The position numbers and the translations under genes are program-made. The notes beneath the pieces were generated by a model, which was not told where the DNA came from, did not search any database, and saw only the letters and a list, made by a program, of their open reading frames with translations. DNA of 64,000 bases from Camelus ferus (taxonomy: Eukaryota). Below, one piece after another: positions 26,654-39,000 of this stretch (positions are counted from its first letter, which is position 1; each line of letters opens with the position of its first letter). The stretch covers positions 6,572,001 through 6,636,000 of the forward strand of contig NC_045716.1 of NCBI RefSeq assembly GCF_009834535.1. The letters are read 5' to 3'.

Positions 26654-28569
26654 ATAGGAAGGATACTTGTTAACTTCCCAGAAGCCCGTATTTTAATGAT
26701 TAATGGGTACAGTGAGATAATGGTGAAGTTTGTTTAATTGCATAAACAGTAAAAGTTTTCCCTGTGCTAGGTATTGTGCCAAGGAGCAAGGGATACAGTG
26801 ACAAATAGGACTCAGATCCTGCCTTCAAGGCATTTACAGTCTGTAATTAAGAAGGGACCGGGGATACAGCCTCTTGCCTGGCATCATCGTGGGGCCTTGC
26901 CTGCAGTCACCTTAGCAGTCAAGTTCACACGGGATCCAGGGGGCTCGTTCTAGGAATGAGAGTAGCGAGAGGAAGAATAAACTTCCCCCTTAACTGGCTC
27001 AGCCACGAATGAAGATTTTTTTTTTTTTTTTGCTTTGTTTTTGATATCCCGAAAAAAAAAAATGCAGTAGGAAACAGGACAAAGAAGGCAGATGAAGCAA
27101 AGGATGAGAGTGGGAAGTAAAGGGAGAGGAAACTTAATAGCTACATGAATAGGGGAAGGGAGAAAAAAAAACAAACCCACAACCCTGCTGACTCTGTTTG
27201 GTTTAAGGTGAGAAATAATAGGATTAGAATGTCAAATTGCTGAGTCCTGCAGACCTGAATCATAAACCTTTGAGCTGTTCAGCTTTTCCCCTCTGCAGTC
27301 ACTAATTAAATATTGCCTTGAAAGACATAAAATAAAAACACAAAAACTTTTTTGGGGGGTCAAACAAAACACCTACCATGAGACTGTAACAGGGCTGGGT
27401 ATCTGGCTGACCTGTTCAGGGAGTGAACGTGGACAGGATCTGCAGAAGGGACAGCAGGATAACAGAGGGCTTCCCTCTCTCAGACTTTTCATAACCATCC
27501 CTTATTGCATGTGCAACTCTTACAGCATTTGATTTTCACATGTAGTCTCTTTGTCCTAACTAGCAGTAGTTAAAAACACGTTGAAAAAATAAGGAATTTC
27601 CCTTTCAGTGTTATTTACACAGAGCTGTAAACCAGAGAATCCTGGTTTACAAGACATTATAGGTAGTATTTGAAGTCCAAAAAGCATGTGTCCATGTGTC
27701 CAACAGGAGAATTGAGCAGGCAAAGCTCAGGAGTGGCCCCAAATCAGGGTGGCCCAACAACTCAGCATCCTTTGCATCATTTTCACCTTTTAACCAGATA
27801 AGATCTTTATAAACTGTTCGCTTTCTTGCACATAAAGCTTGCCATATTGGTAGGTTCCCAAGTCTGTTCTCACTCATTTCCGGAAAACACGGTGTCTGTG
27901 TCCCAAGCTTGGTTGTTGGTGTCTTTATGATCAAGTCTCTGACTCCAGCATCTGAGGCCACAGTGAGTCCGTTTCCTGTTTTACTGTCCTCTCCTACATG
28001 GAGCAGGGCTGCCACTAAATAAGAATTGAACCGCCGAAAGCCCTAACGGAGACATCACTGGCCCTGTGTTCCTCTGTTGTTTGCCTGAGCAAAATCTAGC
28101 ACGACTCTATATGCATACGGCATGTGTCAACTGTTTTAAAATTAGCCAATTTCCCTAAGTGTAAAAATGGATTTTTGTCATATCCCATGAACCATACATC
28201 ACAGAAACAAAACCTGTTTTTGTTGTTTTCTTCTTTCCAAAATGCATTAAGTCTTTTAAAGTCACTGCCAAATCCATTTTACTCACTGCATTTTCGAGAT
28301 ACATTCAAAGAAACCAAGCAAAGGGGGAAAAAAAAACCTCATACAGTGCTGTCACTTGGAAAGAAATCTAGTTCATTACCAAACCAACCACACCTAGGAG
28401 GCCAGACTGCTACATCTGCTTTTAAGTAATAAACACATCACTGTCCTGTACTGAAAGTTTGGGATAGGTCAAAAATCATAAAAATTTAAAAAATAAGATG
28501 ATAAAGAAAAAGAACTGTCACTTATGGAGCACTCTCATTACAGGAAGTGTTAATTTTGAATTATGTCTT

Positions 28570-28700
28570 TTCATGCTCAAAACTAGCCTGTGATCTGAGT
28601 ACAGAATACATCCATTTTACAGATGTGGAAACTGAGGCTTACATAGTTAAATAATGTGGCAAGGTCATATAGCCAGCACAGGGCAGAGCTTGCCAATGAC
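28570..28700 (-). mobile_element. MIR core
   Basis: ccattttacagatgtggaaactgaggct...aaggtcatatagc. Confidence 0.85.
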
Positions 28701-29412
28701 TTGTGCCCAAGTTAATCATCCCTGAGCCTGTGCTTTCAATGACTAGGTCATCTGATGTGTGAGCGAAAGAAAGCACATTAAACCCCTAGAGACATGATAT
28801 TGAGACATCAGTAGGCACGTAGGTGAACTCTCACATTGCTGGTTTCTCTTCTTAATGAAGGTTTTGTGAGTACTGTCATGGGCTCAGTTGCCTTGGGTTC
28901 CTCTCAGTCAAATAAATCCACATTTAGCTTTGGAGGAGCAAGAGGAGGAGATGAGCTCATCTATGTTCTCCCACCACCAGCACAAGGCATTGTTTTTAAG
29001 GACTGTGGATAAGAGCAAGCCTTTGGGACATTTCGCTTGAGCCCCTGCATAAGGCTTCCAGACAGTGCTAAGATCAGAGTGATGCAACACAGGACTGACT
29101 AGGCAGCTGTCTGTATGGTCCTTTCTGAGGGGCCTACAGTTCCTCTCCAAAGGGAAAAAATGCTGCCTCCTACTTGGGTTAAAATTTGAATTTCTCTTTT
29201 GAAATGCTCAAGTGTTAACCGAGAGGGCAGCACATTAAATCATTATTAGTCATTAATGCTTCAGCACAAATTAGTTGATCAGGTTACTGAGAGGTGCGAA
29301 GGGCCCTGAGGAAAAGACATCATTTTGATGGAAGTGGTGGGGAGTTGCATGGATGGGACAGGGAGGACAGAAGGATGGAAGGAGGACCAGGAGGACCACA
29401 GCATTGCTTCTA

Positions 29413-29484
29413 ACACAGACACACACAGACACACACACAGACACACACACACAGACAAAGACACACACACACACACACACACAC
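29413..29484. repeat. Compound (CA)n/(CAGA) microsatellite ending in (AC)12
   Basis: Direct reading. Confidence 0.95.
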
Positions 29485-30369
29485 GTCCTCCGATGTCCCT
29501 ATGGAGCTTGCCGGGACTGTCCTTACATGCAAGGGCTTTAAAAAAGGTTCCAGCCACTCCTCAGCGACCTCCAGGCAAGAACCTCCCCTGCGCCTCCTCG
29601 GCCAGGGGGCTTGTAACACAGCCTTCTGCCTCTAGGGGTCTCCACTGCCCCGAGGCTTCAGGAGGATGCTGACCTTGCTCCGTTATCCGGCAGGGCTCGA
29701 ATCCCAAAGGGTGAAGATTGCAGAAAGGGAAAGAGGCGCGTGCGGGGAGCCCCGAGGATCCCATCACCCGCCAGACCACTGTTCATCCACCTCCCCTGCT
29801 CCCGCCTGACGGCGTACTTACAATACGCTAAATGGCTGATCGATGAGTGGAGGAGAGGCAGAAATTAACTGCCCCCCTACCCCGCACCGCACTCCTTACT
29901 GAGTACTTAAGCGTTCGTATACCTCAAGGGGATTCCAAGGACTTCTCTCTGCAGCCCCACCCCGCGCTCTTCCAGGAAGCCCTGTCTCCAGGCTACTGCA
30001 CTACACCTGAGCGGGAATCTCCCAGGACTCAGCCGGATGGATGCTCAAGATACCGCACAAGACCCCCAGAGTGATGGACAGCGCAGGGCCCCCCTCATCA
30101 CCAAGGTCCCCCTTGCCACTGGGGCTGGACCCTGACGGCCAGATCCTCCCTGAGGTTGGAGCTGAGGAAGGGAAAAGAAAGTGAGGGAGGACGACAGCCT
30201 GGCTCCTGGGAGACCTGAGAGCCCTATGAAAGCAAGGTCATTGAGGGTTAGAGGGTCCAGAGTTTTTCCGTAAAATCTTACAAAAGAAGAATACTGGAAA
30301 AAGTAAGAAACTTTGAGAGAGGCACTATTCCTCGCGATCCACGCTTGAATAGGCTGCAGGGGTTGGTGG

Positions 30370-30615
30370 CAAGACTCCAGGTCTCTAGCTCATTCTATGA
30401 TTGAGTTTCAATCCCACCTCCACTAGTCATTCTAGCTGTGAGATCCTGTGCAATTGACTTAACCCCTCTGCACTTAAATTTCCTCATCTTCAAAATGGGA
30501 ATAATGGTATCAGCTTCACAGGGGGTTGTGAGAGCTGACTCAAAGATCGCATAGCTGGTCCGTACGTGCCGAGCCCTGTGTCTGCCACACAGCAGGCATT
30601 TGCTCATAGGCACTG
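30370..30615 (+). mobile_element. MIR SINE
   Basis: gacttaacccctctgcacttaaatttcctcatcttcaaaatgggaataat. Confidence 0.85.
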
Positions 30616-31399
30616 AATTCCATGCATCTTCCATCACCGAGGACACGGAGAACAAGAGAGATATGTCCTAGGCTCCCTGAACTTCACAGGTGTGTCAGCA
30701 CTGGCGAGAGTCTTACATTTTAAAATCAACTTTAGATATGTTGCCTGTTGTTTTAAATGAATTACAAGTCTTGGTTTTTGAAGGAATTCTGTAGTGCAGT
30801 AGTTTTCAATGTGTTTCTGAACAGCCTTTTGGTTCCAAGGAGATGCCTCAAGGACCACTTGCGAGTGAGGAAAGAGAAGTGACAGGTGGGGGGAGTTCCA
30901 TGCCCTCAGGCCTGCTCCCATCAGCAAGGTCCACTTCTGTGTGCTTCATCTATTGGGGTTCTAGGTAAGGATTTATTTGATTAGCGTCTTCTACAGCTTT
31001 TTTTTTTTTAAGGTTAAAACCACTGCTAAAATATCCTTGTGTAATTCAGGGAAACCTTTCCTCCAAGTCTAAGGACACTCAACCCTTATTTCATTTGTTT
31101 TGAAAGCCTGCTCTTTTAAAAATGAAACACACCTGTATTCAGAAACAGAGACACATAAATGTTTAGTCCACATGTCTTAAGTACCCAGTATGTGTAAGGC
31201 ACTGCACTCAAAACTCTACAGCATTTTGAACAAGCATTAACCCTCTTGGCCTGCTCCAGAAATACCCTGAGGGTCTAACAATGCTTCCATCCCACACCTG
31301 ATTTAGCTTAGATCTCGGAGCAGTTACCCTTACCTTGACAAAGGTGCCCTTTCCCCTGGATATGACCTGAGACGTGACTTAAGACAATGATCATATTGA

Positions 31400-31625
31400 A
31401 AAGCTGTGTCAAAGAGCATGAGCTTTGGGATCTGACAGACCTGAGTTCAAATCTTAGCTCTGCTGCTTCCAAGCTGTGTGACCTTGGGTTAGTTATTTAA
31501 CCTCTCTGAACTTTAATTTCCTCATCCATAAACAGAAGATAATAACTGTTCTCAGAGGGTTGTTAGATGATTAAATGAGACAATGCCTGGAAAGCATGTC
31601 TCATGGTGTCAGGCATGTGGCAACC
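31400..31625 (+). mobile_element. MIR SINE
   Basis: gacctgagttcaaatcttagctctgc...gctgtgtgaccttggg...ttaaatgagacaatg. Confidence 0.9.
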
Positions 31626-31794
31626 ATGGCCGGGTAGCTCCTGAAGCACTGGCATCTAACAGCAAATACCCAAGCTACTACCTGACTCTCACTGACCACA
31701 GCTAAATGCCATCACTGTTCTCCAAGGAACTCCATGTCCCATGAGCTTTAATACTTGGGGACACACCCACAGCTGCTGCCATTTTCTGGGTGCC

Positions 31795-32005
31795 CATTGT
31801 GTGGAAGGTACTTTGCTTGTATTTTTCATTCACTGTCTGCTATCTTCATGATGTCTGTGCTTCATAACGTAAGGGGCTATCCTCTCCATTTTACTACATG
31901 CAGCTACTGAAGCTCAGAGAGGTTGTGGAACGCATCCAAGGTCACACAGCTAGTAAGTGACCAAAACTAGACTGACGCCCCAGTTTGTCTGACCCAGAAA
32001 TCAGG
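31795..32005 (-). mobile_element. MIR SINE
   Basis: ctgaagctcagagaggttg...ccaaggtcacacagctagtaagtg. Confidence 0.88.
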
Positions 32006-33184
32006 GGCCTTTTCTCCCTGCCTTGCTGACTCTCAGAAGTTCCCTGCGTGGAAGGTGGAGGGCATGGTGCAGCGGCAAGAGCCCTGGGTTGGCTGTCGGC
32101 TCCTCTGGGCTTTGTTTTCCTCAAGTTCAGCCTGTCAATGGGAATGATACGTACTTCATAAGACTGTAATAAAAATTAAATGAGATAATATAACTAAAAC
32201 AAGCTCAGTACAATTTTTATCATAAAATAGGCTTCAGATATATATTAAATTGATGTGAATTTGCCTCACCCAAGTTTCATCTGCTCTCCAAATCATTTAA
32301 TTTTTAACTTTATTATGAGAAATATTCATAGAGAAGATACATACGTATGTATGTCTATATATGTGGTGGGTCATGTGTGTGAATATATATGCCTGCATGT
32401 ATGTATATGTCTATACATATACATATATATGAGAAATAGAGGACAAGCCGCCATCCCAGTCAACTGTCAGCATCTCAGTAGCACCCTCCTCTGTATGCCC
32501 CTGCCAGATCAAATTCCCATTTCTCCCTCCAGTCCAATTCACTTCTCATCTTGTTAAAAAATCATTTTCTTTTCCCCTTTCACTCAAGCCTCTGTCTCCA
32601 GCCTGTTTGCTGTGCCTGTCACTTCACTTAGGTTCTGAGTGACGTCATTCACAGGAAAGAACTGAGATAAAGTGGTTCAGCAGCGCAGGGACCCACCTGC
32701 GCATGCGCGCGCGCGCGTGTGTCCACAGTGTCTGCCTTTGTGGTAAACCAGATGTCTCGCGAGCTAGGTCTTAACCCAAGAGAACAGAAGGGACAAGTAG
32801 ACTGATGGGAGAGAGGTTTGTGAACATCAGGACAACCTGCTGCTCCCCAGGACATTCTCCCTCTCCCCTGGGACTGAGTCTGCTACCTTCAATGGTTAGG
32901 GGTGGTCATCATAGCAGCTAGAGTCTTGGTTACAGAGTCCACAGTCTCTCTTTTTTAGATGCCCAGATCCTACACCACTCTGGGACTTCCACCTTCCTCA
33001 ACTGACAAGTCAGCTTCCAGTTAAATGTTCCCTTCTGGAAAAGACCTTCCCTGATCACTGCCTCAGTCCCTCTCCTACCATACTCTATTTTCATATTTTT
33101 CGTTCTCAGCACCTGAAATTCTCTCACTTACTTCTTTGTCTACATGTTCATTTTTCTGGACATCACAGTCATAAGCCATGTGGA

Positions 33185-33605
33185 CTCAGGATCAAAACTG
33201 GGTTGGAATGCTAGCCACTCCACTTACGAGCTGTGTGACCTTGAACAAACTGTTTAACCTTGCTGGGTCTCCAATTTATCAGCTGTAAAATGGGAATACA
33301 GGATTTACTAAAATCGGAATTATATAAACAACAAGATCCTACTGTACAGCACAGGGAACTATATTCAATATCTTGTAATAACCTACAATGAAGGAGGATA
33401 TGAAAAATAATGGATATGTATAACTGAATCACTATGCTGTACACCAGAAACTAACACAGCATTGCAAATCAACTCTACTTCAATTAAAAATTTTTTTAAA
33501 TTAAAATTAAAAAGAGGGAATTATAGAATCATTAGGGGAAGGAAATGAATGCAAAGCCTTCAGCATGGCGCCTGACACATAAGGATTACTAAAGTGTTAG
33601 CATGA
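33185..33605 (+). mobile_element. MIR SINE interrupted by an artiodactyl-type L1 3' end (~33318-33515)
   Basis: MIR gagctgtgtgaccttgaacaa...ctgtaaaatggg; L1 gtacagcacagggaactatattcaatatcttgtaataacc; MIR resumes gcctgacacataag. Confidence 0.85.
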
Positions 33606-33889
33606 TCAGCAATGTCAATAATCTTCATTATTACAATTTTCATCCTGTCCCCACTCTAGGATATAAGCATCCTGATAGCAGGGCTTTTATCCGTTGCTCA
33701 CTGCAGAACCCACAACGCCTGCCCAAGACGAGTACCCGGTACATACTCATATTATACACAATAAATAGTTCCTGAGAAGTACATCTTAGAACCCCAGTCC
33801 CAGCCCGGCCCCTGAGTGCAGGAGAGGGCCAGATACACAAATCACTATCGCGCGGTGGGTGCAGTACAAAATGAGTTTGCGTGAGACGT

Positions 33890-34420
33890 GCAGGGGGTAG
33901 AGGGGGAGGCAATGGATTCCTTCCCAGAGTCTCAGAGAAGTCTTTGCAGAGGAGATAGTCTCTATAGAGCCCTGAAGTTCAGTAACCCTCAGGAAGCAGA
34001 GAACAGGACAAGGGAAGGTTCTCCAGGGAAACACCACAACACATCAGACAGCCTTGGAGTACTCAGGGGACCGCCCGTAGTTGCAGATAGCGGGAGTGAG
34101 GAGGGGAAGTGGAGAGATGCCTGGAGAGGCTGCTAGACAGGCCCGTGAAGGACCTCCTGTTTGTGATGCTAGGAAACTTGGGTTTTGTTCTGACCATAGT
34201 GAGGAGTCGCTGGAGAATCCCAATAATCAAAGTTACCATTTGGAAAGATCACCCTGGCTGCAAGGATGGGGGTGGGCTGGCTCACCCTCAAGGGAGGAGA
34301 CAGGGGAACCAAGTCTTGGGGAAGTTCAGGTGAGAAGAGATGAGAACCTGACAAAGGAGAGCGGTGGAGGGAAGGAGGGTGGAGGAGGGAGCATGGCTTG
34401 AAGGAATCATCAGGAGGTTG
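33890..34420 (-). mobile_element. L2 fragment
   Basis: ggaaacttgggttttgttctgacc, gaagttcaggtgagaagagatgagaacctg. Confidence 0.65.
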
Positions 34421-35704
34421 ATCTTGTCAATTCTTAGGGACTGATTGGCTGTGGGGGGCTGTGTGAGAGAAAGCAGAGCCCAGGACAACCCATATTTCTT
34501 AATGTTGCTGCTGGGGGACCGGTTGTCCCATTAACCAAAGTAGGGCATTTGGGCAGGAGGGAAGTCATCTTCTGTGTGAAATGGGTATATCATGAGCTCA
34601 CCTTTGGACACCTGAACGGCGATCATCAAAGTGAAGACCTTCGGTAGGGAACGATGTTGACATTTGTTGAGCATCAATCATGTGCCTGGAATTGGGTTTG
34701 ACTCCTTATATATTTGATCTTGTTTAATATTTAGAACACATTGAGAGGAGCAATTTTTTATGGATGATAAAACTGAGGCTCCGTGAGGTAATGAGCCTCA
34801 CTTTATGTAGTGAACACTGAAGGACAGTAAGTAGACCAGTCTGATTAAGTGAGGTTGAATGAAGGGCACACAAAGAGAGAGATCAGATAATAAAGTAATA
34901 AAGGCAACTGGGGGCAGAGCATGGAAAAATTTGAATGGCGATATTAACCACCCCTCAGGGGTGTGGTGAAAATCAGATGAGGGGAAGCTTGTAAAGCACT
35001 TTGCAGACCACAGAATAGCTGAGCAAGCATGAGGAGTTTCCAGTTGTGGCCAAACCTTCTTGCAACAAATAACAAGATCATCACAATGAGTGAACGGCAA
35101 TGTTCCAATCTGAACTTAATGAATACAACTCAGTCATGATGCCTTCTCCCCATACTTCTTACTGATAGGTCCACAAAAGAATCTCTAACACCCAACAGTG
35201 ACTTTTCTTTCTCACCACCACACCATCAACATGTCTGGTGCCAAGGAAAACTCTCCCAAGGAAAGATGATAACATGGTAGAGATAAGAAGGGAGAAGGGG
35301 ATCTGGAAATCAAACAGACCCTGCTGATCCCAATTACTGTGTCCAGACCCTACAGGTAATTTATTCAGTTATTTCTACTGCCAGGCAGAAACTCAGAAAT
35401 ACTAGGGTAGAATTTCCAGGCCTCCTACCTGCTGATTGTTTGCATGAGACCCAGGAGCTGCCATGCTCCACAACAGCTTTGAGAGGGCTGAGTCTGAGCC
35501 GGTAAGGTCACCAGCCATCGAGTAGAAGGCAGTGTGAGCTATCTGTGCCCTCCCTAACTTTTGATCTCAGAAGTACATGCCTAGACACTTTCAGATCTGT
35601 TCACCATCCCTCCCGCCATGTTCTCTCTTTATGCTTCTGGCTCCTCTTGTTCCTTGCCTCTGCCCTTTCTCCAAACCACCTGTCACTCCTCTGCAGGGCT
35701 AGAC

Positions 35705-36003
35705 CAGCACTGCCCAAAAGAAACAGAATGAGAGCCAGGTGTAGAATTTTAACTTTTCTAGCAGCCACATTAAAAAGTAAAATGAAATGGGTGAAACTAA
35801 TCTTAATATATTTTATTGAACCCAAGGGACCCAGAATACTATCATTTTACTGTGTGATCAATATGGAAAGAAACAGTGATATTTTACATTCTTGTCCTTT
35901 AAGCTAAGTCTTCAAAGTTCACTGTGTATTTTTACACTTACAACACACATTCCGTGCGCTCAAGAGCCCCAAGTGGCCAGCGGCCACCGTGTGAGTAGCG
36001 CAG
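35705..36003 (+). mobile_element. MER33 hAT-Charlie MITE
   Basis: cagcactgcccaaaagaaac...ctagcagccacattaaaaagtaaaa...gtattttacacttaca-like segment...tagcgcag follows MER33 architecture. Confidence 0.88.
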
Positions 36004-39000
36004 GGCGGGGCAGAGCTCAGTCCTGTGAGGTGGTAGACTGCCCACGCTTTGCTTTGTCCAGGATTCCAGACATAACGTGCTTTTCATGCGAGCTTCAGTG
36101 ATAGGAAAGATGGAACTAGCAGTTGAGGATTCCATGCTGTAATGATGTTACTCAACTTCACTTCCATCTGCATCGCCAAGCAACAGTTTCAAGAGAGAAC
36201 AGCCTGCACCCTAAATGGGCAGATGAGACCCATCCAGCCCAGCGCCCCGTCTGAACCATAACTGAGCAGCCTTTCTCTTCACTCCCAGACAGAAGAGGCT
36301 CTAGCCAACAATCACGACCCCACACCCATGGCCCTGGACAGCTACCTTAGTCCCCTACACATGGCAGTGGGTACTTGTGAATAATAAAGAAAAAAGGCTT
36401 CCATCCCAAAGACCAGCTTCAGGGTCATTTAACACGGAAAGCAAAGGTGACAACAAGGCCTAGGGGAGAATTTTGAAGAGAAAGTACAGCTCCCTCAGGA
36501 CTTGTCCCCAAAGTGAACTCCTGGGGCTAAGCAACCAAGCAGACCAGGTTCTTGGGGATCTTCCTCTTGACCAGAGAGTCAATGATGGCATGACTTTAGG
36601 CAAGTCATTCCACTCTCTGTGTCTCATGGGAATTTTGTCCATGTTGGAATGGGGTCACCCAATCAACCAGTCACATGGAGAGTGAACAGATATCTCAAAC
36701 CCTGTGAAGACCAATGAACACAGTTGGACCAGTTCTCTCACAGGACCTATGCTTTAGCTTGACCTTCTCTCTAGGAAACAAGTCTCCCTGCTGGAGCACA
36801 TGTGTCTGGCTGAGCGGTCAGGGCCATCTCCTGGTGGTCTGGGATCCTTATCCCTTCCTGGGCGCTGCCCGGGCGGCCAGACCGCCTCTCCCCTCTGCTG
36901 CTCAGCTGAGCAGTCACAGGGCCTCGTGGCACCGCTGCGGGCGATACCGCACCCACCCCGCCTGCTTCTGTGGTCTGTTCCTCGGTGACTGCTACAGCGT
37001 ATGTTTTATTAAAAGGGAAAAGGAGGGGAGATAAGAGGTTATGTACATGGGCATGCTCAAGAATCTTAAGATTGAAAATCTCCTCAGTGCTTAATGCCTG
37101 AGGGCTCTGGCATTTTGCCGGCTCCAAGTAAACCCCAATGGGGACATTTGGGTGGGGAAATAGGAAATGAAGGGAAATCAAGGTTCTCTCCTAGGAGTTT
37201 CTGATTCTAAAAAAAATACGGGAAGATTTGTTCATGTTCTCTTGAAATGTGCCTGCTTTCCCCCAATATCTTTCTCTAAAATTTGTGACATGCTGTTGAG
37301 AAGCTCCCTGACCCTGAGCACTATTTTTCCCCATAAACTATGGATTAGACTGGAGGGTGGGTGCAAGGCCAGGTGATTTGCAAGGCCTAATGAGATATCC
37401 AGCATTTCAGAGCCCTCTGCCTGGTCCGAGGACAGCTTCCTCTAGGCCAATAGACGCTTCAAATAATTAACCCAGGTGTATGCTGTTTCCAGGATCCAAG
37501 TTGAAAAGAGGCTGAGGGCACACCCCAGGGAAACAAGAAAGCCTCGAAGTTTCCAGCCTTCTCAGCTGTGCTGCAGTTAGCATCTCTGTCAACTGGAATC
37601 TTTTTCTCCATTTCTCCCTCTCCAACCGAATCCCACCCTGTCCCCCGTGGCAGAACTCAAATTCTCCCTCCTTGGAATATCAAGAGCTCTCATTATTCCA
37701 ATAACCAATCAATTGCAGGTTAATTAGGTCAGCCCCGTGAATCTCTTCTACTGAATGGCTGTTGAGAATGCACATTGTCATTTACCCTTTTTCCAGAGGT
37801 AAGCCTATTTTCCTAACTAGAATGTAAGATAATTGAAGGCAAAGACAGAGTCTTTATAAGACTTTTATCCCTCGCAGCCCTCACGTCAGCACCAGAGGCG
37901 AAGCCCAAATCACTGCAATCTCCCATTCCAAAGTACAGAACAGCTGAATCAAATCAGAGTTACTAGGATTAACCATTCCTTAGAAGTCGGTAGAGTCTGG
38001 GGTTGGTTTAGGAGCAATAAGACCCGGACCCCACTCCATAGGTTCCCTTAAATGCTGTGAGACCCAGAGTAAAACAGTTCCTCTTTCCAAGGTCCTCTGC
38101 CCTCCCTTTTCCAAGAAGGAGGCTACCATCATTCTAGCTCGACTTCTTAGGGTAATCAGAGATAAATGAGACAATAAGGCGTAATTAGATAAGCTCCCTA
38201 AAATGGTCCCAGCCCTTTGGAAAAGTATGCCATTATAAAATGTATCCAAGGTCTTGTTATTTAAGAGAAAGAGTTGAATCGCCAAAAATAACCCGCACAG
38301 TGGGGGAAGCAAAACACTAACCAGGAAACCTCCACACTAAGCATCCCATAGTCAGCAGAAAGTGCCCACGCAGATATCTTGAGTCCCTCCAGATTAACTC
38401 TTGTTTGTGAGCTGGGGAGGGATTTTGGAGCACCGTCTCAGAGGGGATGGGTTTTTTGTGTGTGTGTAATGCTCCCCAGTGGCTAGCCTGTGTCTTGGGA
38501 AAGGGTATCAGAAGGAGCTGATGACGCAGGGATGTTCTTTGCCCTCTGGCCTTGCTCAGTAAACAACCTGTTAGGAGTTTCTGTTTGCAACCAGGAAGGA
38601 AAACTCAGAGGATGATCTCAAGGGCCAAAATGGAGAAGATGGTCCCCATCCATGAGCCCGGCCCAATGCTGGCAGAGTGGCACCCCGCCTCCCTCCCCAG
38701 CCCTTCCCTCCTTCCCTCCTCTCCTGTGGCCACACTGCAGCACACATCATTCCATTCTAGGAGACAAAACCAGCCCGATTTTGGGGTGAGGAGGGAGAAG
38801 CAAGAGTCAGGGATGCTTCTGTCTTCTCCATGGCTGCAGAACAGCTGTCAAACCCTTTGGAGCCAGGATGGGAGACCATGATCTAACATTTGCTTCCTTT
38901 TCCTCACACATCTCACAGTGTCCAGGCTCTGTACCCACTCAAACCGTATCCCGCCTCAAAGAAGCAAGGCATGCATCCTTCCCCAGAGTAGGCAGCAGCT

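Noticed and set aside
27647-28015. 122-aa - strand ORF
   Set aside because: GTG start, no recognisable homology, no convincing splice context.
37885-37900. CTCF-like GCACCAGAGGCG
   Set aside because: Misses the conserved GG-C core by one base; other candidates (5513, 62152) are similarly partial.
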